Shown: in pieces, positions 30,002-38,890 of the stretch
Layout of the letters: each line of letters opens with the position of its first letter
How positions within the stretch are numbered: the first letter of the stretch is position 1
Source of the DNA: an uncultured virus (IMG/VR IMGVR_UViG_3300028840_004051)
Taxonomy: Duplodnaviria; Heunggongvirae; Uroviricota; Caudoviricetes
Reading direction: 5' to 3' (one strand)
Length of the DNA stretch: 64,000 nucleotides
IMG/VR virus record: IMGVR_UViG_3300028840_004051
Program-made: the position numbers and the translations under genes
The notes under the pieces: generated by a model
Database searches by the model: none
What the model saw: the letters and a program-made list of their open reading frames with translations, nothing else
Told to the model about the DNA's origin: nothing

Positions 30002-30370
30002 ATGTTTGATTATCATCTAATGGATCGTGTTTTAAGAAGAAAAAGTAATTTTGTCTGTGAATTTAACAAAGTTGCCAGAGAAGCCTACCAGATAAATAAA
30101 GAAAACGGCTGGTGGGATTGGGAAAGAAATGATGGCGAGCTCATTGCCCTTATGCATTCGGAGTTATCTGAGGCTTTAGAAGGTCTAAGGAAAAAATTAC
30201 CATCAGATAAGATAGATGGCTTTTTGGCAGTAGAGGAAGAGCTGGCCGATACTATCATCCGTATTATGGATATGGCTATGGCAAGAGGATATAGCATCGC
30301 TGGCGCTATAGAGGCAAAACTCGAATATAATAAGACAAGAGGATATAAACATGGAGGGAAGGAGTTCTGA
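30002..30370 (+). CDS. MazG-like nucleotide pyrophosphohydrolase
   Basis: LMHSELSEALEG...EEELADTIIRIMD...KLEYNKTRGYKHGGK. Confidence 0.85.
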   Translation: MFDYHLMDRVLRRKSNFVCEFNKVAREAYQINKENGWWDWERNDGELIALMHSELSEALEGLRKKLPSDKIDGFLAVEEELADTIIRIMDMAMARGYSIAGAIEAKLEYNKTRGYKHGGKEF

Positions 30371-30582
30371 TGGATTCACGTAAGTTAATAGAACTATTTG
30401 ATGATAAGCATCGCGAGAGAATTGATGATTACAGAAGAGGTTTATTAAACCATTCAAAAAAACCTGTTTCAGATAAAATCCATGTAGCCGTCCTTGCCTT
30501 AATCGAAGTCATCGCCCCATATCTGAAAGAAGATGCTGAAATTGAAAAAATAATGAAACAATTGATCAATAGGGGGTATTAA
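30370..30582 (+). CDS. hypothetical protein
   Basis: coupled 70-aa ORF. Confidence 0.5.
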   Translation: MDSRKLIELFDDKHRERIDDYRRGLLNHSKKPVSDKIHVAVLALIEVIAPYLKEDAEIEKIMKQLINRGY

Positions 30583-30587
30583 TTAAT

Positions 30588-30956
30588 ATGGAATTAGAAA
30601 CATTAAAATATGGGATTGAAGAGCTAGAAAAACTCATCAGCGGATTACAGCCCGTCGGTAAACATATCTGGGATGTAATGGTAAGACAAGCGATAATAAA
30701 TTCTATATTAAGTTGGGCATTCTTATTAGCGTTTTCAATAGTAATATATAAATTAATCACTTTTCTAAACAAACATTGGGAACCAACTGAAGGGTATAGT
30801 ATAACCGAAAATGATCATGAGGCATTTTGGATATCCTTATTGTTTATTGTTTCTATATTTGTAATTGTCGCATTAGTCAACTTCTTAATTCATGGCTTTG
30901 ATATACTAAACCCTGAATATAGAGCTATCATGGGATTAATAGGCAGAAATGAATAA
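30588..30956 (+). CDS. two-TM membrane protein
   Basis: hydrophobic helices, NPEYRAI. Confidence 0.65.
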   Translation: MELETLKYGIEELEKLISGLQPVGKHIWDVMVRQAIINSILSWAFLLAFSIVIYKLITFLNKHWEPTEGYSITENDHEAFWISLLFIVSIFVIVALVNFLIHGFDILNPEYRAIMGLIGRNE

Positions 30957-31143
30957 ATCATCAAACCAAAATCAAATATTAAACGAGATAGAAGCCATCC
31001 GTTCCTCGAATAATTCTAACTGGATGAGGATTATAAGAATCGCTCTCAAGCATGATAAAGAAGAAACTATAAAACTTCTTAAGAACATAGTTGAAATGGA
31101 CGGAAGAATAAAGTCAGAAATGGAGAAACTAATTAATGAATAG
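30949..31143 (+). CDS. small helical protein
   Basis: IEAIRSSNNSNWM pattern; overlaps neighbours. Confidence 0.6.
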   Translation: MNKSSNQNQILNEIEAIRSSNNSNWMRIIRIALKHDKEETIKLLKNIVEMDGRIKSEMEKLINE

Positions 31144-34048
31144 GAAAAGGCTTAGTGTAAATCTAAAATCAATTATGGATATAAACCCATCCTTGTATAG
31201 CTGGATAGATAAGCAGGAAGAGGTTGATTGGGTTAGAGAAATCAAAAGTGATGATGGCCTCCCAAATCTTCTTATTTCAATTGGAAACAAGACAATCGCT
31301 GCATATAAAATGAGGGGTGCGAAGATAGAGGCTTTTCGTGCGGCGAAGAAAATGAAACTTTATAAGGAGAATGTCAGCATATTAATAGGTTTCGGCCTTG
31401 GGTATATGGCAAGGGCGATGCTTGATAAAATGGAGAAAGGGCATCATGTCATAGTCATTGAACCAGTCGGTCATGTGCTGAGACTTGGGCTATCTAATTT
31501 TGACTTCTCAAAAGAGATAAGAAATTTTGAATTAATCATCGTCGAACCAAACCCAAAAGAAATAGCAGCCGCCTTTGGTATACTTGATAATAGTTACATC
31601 GTTAATGATTGGTTGGTAACAATCAATAAGTATACCAAGCTGAGGCCAGATGAATATGGCGAATCAATGAAGTTAGTTCTCGATATCCTGAATCAGATCA
31701 TGTGTTCCATTGGTACGATAGCTGGAGGGGCAGGAGCGAAGATAGCTGATAATGATATTGCTTGTCTTCCTTATGTTATCCGTCATAGAGGAGTAGCTGA
31801 ACTGAAAGATATATTCAAGGATAAACCAGCAATACTTGTCAGCACCGGGCCAAGCCTTGCTAAAAATATTCATCAATTAATCGATATCAGCAAAGAAAAT
31901 AAAGCCGTAATAATTGCAGTTGGACAAGCCCTCAGAATTCTACTCGCCTACGATATTAAACCTGACTTCATCTGCACGGTTGATTTTGGTGAGGTCAACA
32001 TGGGGCATTTTACAGGTCTTATGAATTCAGATGTCCCACTCGTTACAATCAATAGAGCCTATGCTCCTTTACTGAAATCATGGCAAGGGCCAAAGTTCAT
32101 CGTCTCTACTCCGGTGCCAGGGTTTGAGAAAACCGCCGCTGGCATACTAACTAATAAAGGCAGTCTTGAGGCAGGTGGTAGTGTTGCACATCTCTGCTTT
32201 ACATTTGCACAATCACTTGGTTGTGATCCAATAACGTTAATTGGTCAGGATTTGGCTCTATCAAATACATCTCATATTCCCTTGGCTGATGCCTCCGGCA
32301 AAATTCAAATATCGGAGAACGGACAGATAGGTTGGAAGGTAAGCGATCATCGCTGCCATCTTCACAATGAAAAAGATGAAGTTTATGGTATGGGGCCAGT
32401 CCATCAAGTCCCAGGTTACTATGGTAAGCCTGTGATAACAAACCTGGGGCTCGCTTCATTTATAACGAGCTTTGAAGCGATGGCAAGCAAGTGCGAGGCA
32501 AAAGTAATCAATGCAACCGAGGGCGGAGCAGATATCCGCAATACTGAAAAGATGATGCTCAAAGAAGTCATAAATCAATACTGCAAAGAAAAGATCGACA
32601 AAACAGAATTAGAAAAGTTGAAAACTCTTGCTGATGATGGTGATGATCTTATTGAAAAAGTCATCCCCTTACTTGAAAAGGATATTGATAATCTCAATGA
32701 GGTGATAAGTCAAGGTAGAAAAGGGCTGGCAAGCGCAAGAGGATTAGCGACACTTATGAGTCGTAATAATTATAAAGCTCTTCTTAACAAAAAAAATAAG
32801 GTATTCCTAAACAAACTATTAAAAGAAAGTAAGAGTGAGTCAGAAGTCGATAGAATAAATATGAATATAATATTCTTTGAGAAATTAGTTAATCAGTTAA
32901 GAAAATCAAAATTAAAGAATATAGTCCTTCTAACTCAGAAAAATTTCGTGCATTCAGAAAATACGAGGATAGCAGCGACAAAGAATCCTCTTGTCAACGT
33001 CGCCATATATGGAGCGAGTAGAAGAATATGGCAAAGGAAGCTTAAGGTTAATGAAAAGTTCGAGCACTTTTTAACCAATAGAAAAGATGCAATGACAAGG
33101 CTTGAAAGGAATAAATTAATCTTAAATGCCGCCGTCAGTGCTGCAAAAGAACTAAAGCCTACATATAAGAAAACCCTAAAGCTGCTTAAGAAATATAATA
33201 AGAAAAAAGATGATAGTTTGCTGGTTGATAGAACACCCGAACTAATGGACCTCAGTGATGCAGATAGTTATTTTGATGCTGATAACTGGGCACATCCATT
33301 GGTTGACGCGAAGAGATGTATTGATAAAATGCTGTTACTATCCAATGCCAAGCCATCAATATGTAACAAACCATTTGATGAAGTGAAGGCAATCTATAAA
33401 AAAGCTCTCACTATGAGAGAAGAAGCGATAGAGAAAGCAAAAAAAGAAGAGTATGATAATTGGGAAGAAAGAAAGAAAATTCTTGAATATAATCGCCTGA
33501 TAAAAGAAAGTAGAGAAGCTGGTAAGAATGATCAAGACTTTAGCAAAGCAGTTGAGATCCTTGAGGAGGCGAAAGAATTATTTCCAGATAATCCTGAAGC
33601 TAAGTGGGGCTTAGCCACTGCCCTACATCATTCGGGTCGATTTGATGAATCATTATCTATGTATCGAGAACTGATAAAGGAATCGCCTGATAATAACAGA
33701 TACAAATTTGAGATGGGCCAGGTGCTACTTAAGACGGGGCAAACAAAGGAGGGATTAGATACATTGAAAGAGGCGATGGAATCAACCAGCGAATTCGATG
33801 GTGCCCTGGCAAATATTGGACAGATATATGAACACGCTGGAATGAATAAAGATGCCCTTAGAGCTTATAATCTTTACCTGAAAAAGTTCCCAGCGGACTA
33901 TGAAGTCTTGAATATGAAAGCAGTATGCCTTTCGAAGTTGAAGAGATATGGGCAGGCCATTAAAGTATTAAAAGCCTGTCTGAAAATAAAGCCGGATTTT
34001 AAGCAGGCAAAAGAAAACTTGCAAGTATTAAAGCGGCGTGGAATATAG
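31136..34048 (+). CDS. Maf/DUF115 (motility-associated factor, MptE-like) glycosyltransferase with C-terminal TPR repeats
   Basis: GFGLGY, STGPSL, IKPDF, GGSVAH, LIGQDLA, INATEGGA; TPRs in the C-terminal ~180 aa. Confidence 0.85.
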   Translation: MNRKRLSVNLKSIMDINPSLYSWIDKQEEVDWVREIKSDDGLPNLLISIGNKTIAAYKMRGAKIEAFRAAKKMKLYKENVSILIGFGLGYMARAMLDKMEKGHHVIVIEPVGHVLRLGLSNFDFSKEIRNFELIIVEPNPKEIAAAFGILDNSYIVNDWLVTINKYTKLRPDEYGESMKLVLDILNQIMCSIGTIAGGAGAKIADNDIACLPYVIRHRGVAELKDIFKDKPAILVSTGPSLAKNIHQLIDISKENKAVIIAVGQALRILLAYDIKPDFICTVDFGEVNMGHFTGLMNSDVPLVTINRAYAPLLKSWQGPKFIVSTPVPGFEKTAAGILTNKGSLEAGGSVAHLCFTFAQSLGCDPITLIGQDLALSNTSHIPLADASGKIQISENGQIGWKVSDHRCHLHNEKDEVYGMGPVHQVPGYYGKPVITNLGLASFITSFEAMASKCEAKVINATEGGADIRNTEKMMLKEVINQYCKEKIDKTELEKLKTLADDGDDLIEKVIPLLEKDIDNLNEVISQGRKGLASARGLATLMSRNNYKALLNKKNKVFLNKLLKESKSESEVDRINMNIIFFEKLVNQLRKSKLKNIVLLTQKNFVHSENTRIAATKNPLVNVAIYGASRRIWQRKLKVNEKFEHFLTNRKDAMTRLERNKLILNAAVSAAKELKPTYKKTLKLLKKYNKKKDDSLLVDRTPELMDLSDADSYFDADNWAHPLVDAKRCIDKMLLLSNAKPSICNKPFDEVKAIYKKALTMREEAIEKAKKEEYDNWEERKKILEYNRLIKESREAGKNDQDFSKAVEILEEAKELFPDNPEAKWGLATALHHSGRFDESLSMYRELIKESPDNNRYKFEMGQVLLKTGQTKEGLDTLKEAMESTSEFDGALANIGQIYEHAGMNKDALRAYNLYLKKFPADYEVLNMKAVCLSKLKRYGQAIKVLKACLKIKPDFKQAKENLQVLKRRGI

Positions 34049-34050
34049 CT

Positions 34051-34110
34051 TAAAACGCTGTCATTTAGCCGAGATTAGGTTTTCTTTTTAAATTAATACC
34101 TAAGTATATT
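34051..34110 (-). repeat. dispersed structured intergenic repeat, copy 4 (degenerate)
   Basis: reverse strand has GGTATTA...TAATCTCGGCTAAATGACAGCG. Confidence 0.7.
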
Positions 34111-34113
34111 CTT

Positions 34114-34145
34114 AATAAAAAAATCGCGTGATCGCTTATAATATA
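34114..34145 (+). promoter_or_regulatory. putative promoter for the TIGR array
   Basis: AATAAAAAAATC...CTTATAATATA, a few nt before first repeat. Confidence 0.6.
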
Positions 34146-34151
34146 ATAAAA

Positions 34152-34440
34152 AAGTCACTCGATATAAGAAACCCACAAAGTGGAAGCGAGCCATGGGTTT
34201 TAAGAAACCCACCATCATCAAGCGAGCCACCAGCCGCAAGAAATCCAAGAAGTAAAAGCGAGCCATGAGGTCGAAGAAACCCAGAACCGTAAAGCGAGCC
34301 AATCCAAAAAAGAAAACCAGAAAAGTTAAGCGAGCCAACGGTTTAAAGAAACCCATATCCGCCAAGCGAGCCATGATGCGTAAGAAACCCACAGGTAAAA
34401 AGCGAGTCAAAAAGCCGAAGAAACCCAAGAAAGCTAAGCG
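34152..34440 (+). ncRNA. TIGR-like array 1: eight 36-nt units
   Basis: alternating AAGCGAGCCA (edge) and AAGAAACCCA (loop) repeats separated by 8 variable nt; begins with half-repeat AAGTCA and ends with AAGCG. Confidence 0.92.
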
Positions 34441-34470
34441 TTAACTAACTACAAAAAAGGAATGTAACCA

Positions 34471-35397
34471 ATGAAAAAAGAAATCAAAAGAATGGCAAGA
34501 AAAAGAACAGATGAGGTATTCCCTGAAAACGATTCACTATTTGATACTCATAGGTTAATACCGAAAAGAAAAAATGGCACATACACGGATGAAAATACGG
34601 TAATCAAAATGCCGATTGATCATCAAATTGAGCATGGGACATTTAAGCAGAGAGAAAGTGAATTTGAAAAATTAAAAAGCCTATTTGATGATAGACAAAG
34701 TTTAATGAAGTCACGGATGAAAATAGATAATGCACTACTGGCATATAAAAGGGGAACAGATGTTCCTACGATTGAAATGATAAAATTTTATGAAGAGAAA
34801 ATCAAAGAATTTGTGAAGTTTGAAAATAAGAGAAAAGGGGAAATCGAAAAGCAGCTAGAAAAAATAAACCATCCTGTCGCAAACGCCATGAGGGAGGTCG
34901 ATCAGGTTGGTCCGGTTATCGCAGCAGGTTGTATTATTTATTTAGACATTAAAAAAGCACGCCATCCGAGTAGTTTTTGGAAATATTGTGGATTGGATAA
35001 ACCATTTTTTAGTAGGTATGAAAAAGGCAAGTCCAGCGGGGGCAATAAAAAATTAAGAACTGTTTTATATAATATGGCAAAATGTCAGGAAATGTGTTTA
35101 ACGGCACCTTATAGACCAGTATACGATAATAAAAAACAAAAACTTGCGCAAAGTGAAAAAATCTGCGAGCAGACAAGAGGTACGGATGGGAAGATTAAAA
35201 AAAATGTAAAGTGGAAAGATGTAAAGCCATGTCATCGTCGAGGTGCAGCATTACGAGAAGTTATGAAACATTTCTTAGCGGATTTACACTATGTATGGTG
35301 CTGTATTGAGGGGATTGAGCCTTCGAAGCCATATGCCGAAGCACAACTTGGAAAACATAAAACTATTATGCCAGAAGAAAGAGGGTGGATTTTTTAA
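34471..35397 (+). CDS. tasH: TasH-like RNA-guided nuclease (N-terminal HNH + coiled coil + Nop/IS110-like RNA-binding domain)
   Basis: DTHRLIP...GTY...N...DHQIEH HNH motif; VGPVIAA, SSFWKYCGL, GGNKKLRTVLY Nop/IS110-like motifs; flanked by dual-repeat arrays. Confidence 0.85.
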   Translation: MKKEIKRMARKRTDEVFPENDSLFDTHRLIPKRKNGTYTDENTVIKMPIDHQIEHGTFKQRESEFEKLKSLFDDRQSLMKSRMKIDNALLAYKRGTDVPTIEMIKFYEEKIKEFVKFENKRKGEIEKQLEKINHPVANAMREVDQVGPVIAAGCIIYLDIKKARHPSSFWKYCGLDKPFFSRYEKGKSSGGNKKLRTVLYNMAKCQEMCLTAPYRPVYDNKKQKLAQSEKICEQTRGTDGKIKKNVKWKDVKPCHRRGAALREVMKHFLADLHYVWCCIEGIEPSKPYAEAQLGKHKTIMPEERGWIF

Positions 35398-35400
35398 TTA

Positions 35401-35626
35401 AAGCGAGCCATCCTATCTAAGAAATCCAAAAGCATAAAGCGAGCCACCAGCATCAAGAAACCCATGATGCAGAAGCGAGCCATTGACCGCAAGAAACCCA
35501 GGAAGTAAAAGCGAGCCATGTTTATCAAGAAACCCAGTATCGAGAAGCGAGCCATCTGATTGAAGAAACCCATTAAGTTTAAGCGAGCCAGCGCTGTTAA
35601 GAAACCCAGAAGGTAAAAGCGAGTTA
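35401..35626 (+). ncRNA. TIGR-like array 2: six 36-nt units
   Basis: same two repeats and period, starts 3 nt after the tas stop codon. Confidence 0.92.
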
Positions 35627-35635
35627 TCAAATATT

Positions 35636-36124
35636 TTAAGCACCACCTGAGTTATCAACACTCGCATCAACAAAACCAATTAAACGCCAATTGGTTCCAC
35701 CGTCACAGACCCATTGTGTTACATCTCCCGAAGCGGTAGTAATATCAACCGAGCTACCATAGAGATTAGTACCTGTCGTATCAAAGACAATCGCCGCCTT
35801 TGATATGACAGTTATTATCTTCCCATCCTCTCCATCATCAAAGTCTGTAATTGTAAGCCCTGAGGTCCCAGTTCTGAAAACATTATAACCTGCAACACTT
35901 GGGGTTGCATCTGTAGCTCCAAAGGTGGCCACACCAGGCTTTAAAGCACTCAGCAGTTGATCCTGGCTGTCGGTGGCAGCAGTCTTCAGTGTTATCCCGG
36001 CATCCTCTATTACATTGGCTATTTCCTCTTGAATAGCATTAAGCCAATTCTGCTCTATCGTTGTCCCAGGTGGACCGTCCGTAAACGAATTTGATGAGTG
36101 ATTCTCACCTTCTGTTCTATGCAT
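35636..36124 (-). CDS. short tail fibre/receptor-binding protein
   Basis: Mu-like fibre N-terminus MHR.EG...GPPGT...WLNAIQEEI. Confidence 0.7.
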   Translation of the reverse strand: MHRTEGENHSSNSFTDGPPGTTIEQNWLNAIQEEIANVIEDAGITLKTAATDSQDQLLSALKPGVATFGATDATPSVAGYNVFRTGTSGLTITDFDDGEDGKIITVISKAAIVFDTTGTNLYGSSVDITTASGDVTQWVCDGGTNWRLIGFVDASVDNSGGA

Positions 36125-36126
36125 TT

Positions 36127-38247
36127 TTAACCCTCAAGATTGCTATTTGTATCATCATAATTATTGGAAGCAGCCTGCAGCACAACCCCTGTATTAGACA
36201 TACTTTCACAGGTATTGCCTATCGCTGAAGTATAACTACAATAGGAACCGTTGATGCCATAGGTGCCATTTTTTAACGTATTTCCGACAAGGCTGAAAAA
36301 GCTCAACCCACCTGCATCAATTGATTGCAGCAGGATATTATCTGAAAGATCATCATCCCTTTCACACATATTTCCTGACACCGTACCATGCTTTATCGTT
36401 ACACCAGTCAAGCAATAGATCCATATACATCTTGTATTTGCCGCTGATACTCCCTTTATAGTATTATTATCAACTTTAACCATACTCATATTCGCCCTTG
36501 GTGCATAGACGAATATCCCATGAGTACCAGGATCTTCAATATAATTACCAGTTATCTGAATCCCTTCAAACGGTGTATCATTATTATATATGGTTTCTTG
36601 TGATACATAGATAGCCGCATTCCCAGCCGTACCACATCTGATAACTTTATTATCTTTTATATGAGAAAAAGATGGAAGATCGCCATTATAGACAATAGGC
36701 CTATGATCTATACCTTCCAATTCAGTCCCAATTACAGTATTGCCAGTTATGGTTGCATTGACGCCACTATACCTTATCCCTCTTTGTATAGTTCCATCAC
36801 TATTGCCTGACTGAATAAAGTTATCAGTGATGCTTATATGATCCGCCATTGCATGAGTTTCCATTCCATAATCTCTACAGGCACGAATTGTATTCTTATG
36901 AAATGTAATAAACCTACTCGGCATCAAGCTAGATCCAGCATCAGTTCCAGTCCTATAATATTCAACATGATTATGGGCTACCAATCCATTTGCACAGCCG
37001 CCGACTTGAATCCCATAACCATTAGCTGCCGGGGAATTACCAGTGAAGGTATTGCTTTCAATCTTAAAATTAATTGTTCGATAGAGACCAATTCCATTTG
37101 TTTCAAAATCGTTAAATACACAATCTTTTATTCTAACATTCTTCGCCCATTGGGTTATAATACCATATTGGCTACCACCACTACCCGAACCAGTCGCCGT
37201 CACACCTCTGATGAATATATTTTCTTTCAGAGACATAACATCTATCTTAGCACTATCAACGGTATAGTAGGCATAGAGCAAAGTATCGCCAAGATCGACA
37301 CTCGCTGCGTTGACGTTTCTAATATAAACCCACTCGCCATTATAGGTACTATTCTGCTGATCCCATATCTCATCATCTCTAACAACTGTCCAATCTCCAG
37401 CGGTGAAGAAGCCCGCCGCCCCTGCGACTGGAATATTATCAGCTCCAGCTAAGACATTTGATGTTAGTGCCTGTGCAGCACCTTGTGATCCTAAGACATG
37501 AAATAGATAATCACCATTTGGTGCATTGGAGAAATCTATCGTCCCGCCATACCCTTCAAATGTAATATTATTATTAAGGGTAAGGGTGGCATCAGCTCTA
37601 AAGTCTCTATGATTAGCATCTAAAATTCCACCACCAACCATCGATGTGAGAGCATTATTAATGGCGGTCTCACTGTCGGTTGCTGCTGATGGGTCAGCAC
37701 CAAACCATTCAGGGAATAGCCTCCCTTTATTAGTAAAGGTAATGCTATCAGCGATAGTGCTGCCGAATACTTGCTGATTCGTTGGAGCTAAAATCTGAGC
37801 AGGATTATCAAATGTAAGCGTTCCAGTTCCTCCGAATACAGCTCCCCTTTGAGGTTTAATCGAAACATTACTTGGAACCACTGCAGCAGTATTGACAGTG
37901 TAGGTTGTACCAGCCCCTGAGTTGACCAATACAATAGTCGCCTTATCAACACCTGCCTCATCTATGCAATCCTTCAGTGTTTTCAAGCTACCTGTTGCAA
38001 CTACCCCTTGATCTCCTTCAGATGCATCGGCATACAAATACTTACCAACCAGGACCGATGATATAAGCTGATCTCTTGATTCGGTTGCTTCAGTCTTAAG
38101 AGCCTGACCGGAATTCAATATGAGAGATACAATTTCTTCTTGGATTGCATTCAACCACTCATGAGTTACAACGGTCCCAGGTGGGCCTGTTTGAAATAGC
38201 TTTACACCATCGACCTCATTATAATCTGCGCCTTCAATTCTATGCAT
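36127..38247 (-). CDS. tail spike with right-handed beta-helix (possible depolymerase)
   Basis: same fibre N-terminus; PEWFGA; repeated I.GN/I..N beta-helix turns. Confidence 0.8.
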   Translation of the reverse strand: MHRIEGADYNEVDGVKLFQTGPPGTVVTHEWLNAIQEEIVSLILNSGQALKTEATESRDQLISSVLVGKYLYADASEGDQGVVATGSLKTLKDCIDEAGVDKATIVLVNSGAGTTYTVNTAAVVPSNVSIKPQRGAVFGGTGTLTFDNPAQILAPTNQQVFGSTIADSITFTNKGRLFPEWFGADPSAATDSETAINNALTSMVGGGILDANHRDFRADATLTLNNNITFEGYGGTIDFSNAPNGDYLFHVLGSQGAAQALTSNVLAGADNIPVAGAAGFFTAGDWTVVRDDEIWDQQNSTYNGEWVYIRNVNAASVDLGDTLLYAYYTVDSAKIDVMSLKENIFIRGVTATGSGSGGSQYGIITQWAKNVRIKDCVFNDFETNGIGLYRTINFKIESNTFTGNSPAANGYGIQVGGCANGLVAHNHVEYYRTGTDAGSSLMPSRFITFHKNTIRACRDYGMETHAMADHISITDNFIQSGNSDGTIQRGIRYSGVNATITGNTVIGTELEGIDHRPIVYNGDLPSFSHIKDNKVIRCGTAGNAAIYVSQETIYNNDTPFEGIQITGNYIEDPGTHGIFVYAPRANMSMVKVDNNTIKGVSAANTRCIWIYCLTGVTIKHGTVSGNMCERDDDLSDNILLQSIDAGGLSFFSLVGNTLKNGTYGINGSYCSYTSAIGNTCESMSNTGVVLQAASNNYDDTNSNLEG

Positions 38248-38262
38248 AATAAATTATCCTTC

Positions 38263-38865
38263 TTATACACCAGTGACTGCCCAGTTACCGGTACCATCAA
38301 ATCTCCATTTATAAACGCTATCAGCTGTAACTGTGCTACCTTCAACATAGCCAATAATGCCAAGGGTGCTATCACTAGTCCCAGGAGTCGTATCAATGCT
38401 CCCTGAATTAACCGTCGCGGCCGACTGTAAAAAGACCGGCTTTCCAACATACCCACTCAATCTTGAAAGCCCGCTGTCGTATATTAGGCCTTTTCTCAAT
38501 ACGATTATGCTGGTATTATTTGATGCGTAACTATCTGCCGCGATTCCTCTTGCCGGGTTTGCAGCAGAGTTTGACAGATCTGCCGGAAACCAGCATCCTG
38601 ACTGAGCATCATAGGCAAGCGGCATCCCAAAGCTTGCACTATAATCGGAATGCAGGACTTGACTATAATCATGCCAGCCTCTTGTAGTCTTATCAGTCGT
38701 GATATTTCCAACCGTAGGGCCACGCCAAAAATCACCGGAATTAACGAACTCACTCTGCATCACTGTTACAACAAAATCTCTTAGATCTTGAGCACTGATC
38801 TGACCTGTCACATTATCTGCGAATAAGGCCAGAATCGCTGCCCTTGTTCTCTGGGTATCTGCCAT
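38263..38865 (-). CDS. virion structural/fibre protein
   Basis: ADNVTGQISAQDLR N-terminus, capsid-cement-like C-terminus, tail module context. Confidence 0.5.
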   Translation of the reverse strand: MADTQRTRAAILALFADNVTGQISAQDLRDFVVTVMQSEFVNSGDFWRGPTVGNITTDKTTRGWHDYSQVLHSDYSASFGMPLAYDAQSGCWFPADLSNSAANPARGIAADSYASNNTSIIVLRKGLIYDSGLSRLSGYVGKPVFLQSAATVNSGSIDTTPGTSDSTLGIIGYVEGSTVTADSVYKWRFDGTGNWAVTGV

Positions 38866-38890
38866 CTTTAAACTCCTCTCTCTTCTTTAT

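Noticed and set aside
34471..35397. IS110/IS1111 transposase call
   Set aside because: Only the C-terminal-like domain is similar; there is no N-terminal DEDD RuvC domain, an HNH motif is present instead, and the flanks are guide-like arrays
34152..35626. CRISPR array
   Set aside because: Repeats are 10 nt of two alternating types with 8-nt spacers, and no cas genes are present
34093..35679. Minus-strand ORFs 34093-34428, 35394-35630 and 35413-35679
   Set aside because: Their 12-aa periodic MARF/GFL pattern is just the translated reverse complement of the 36-nt arrays
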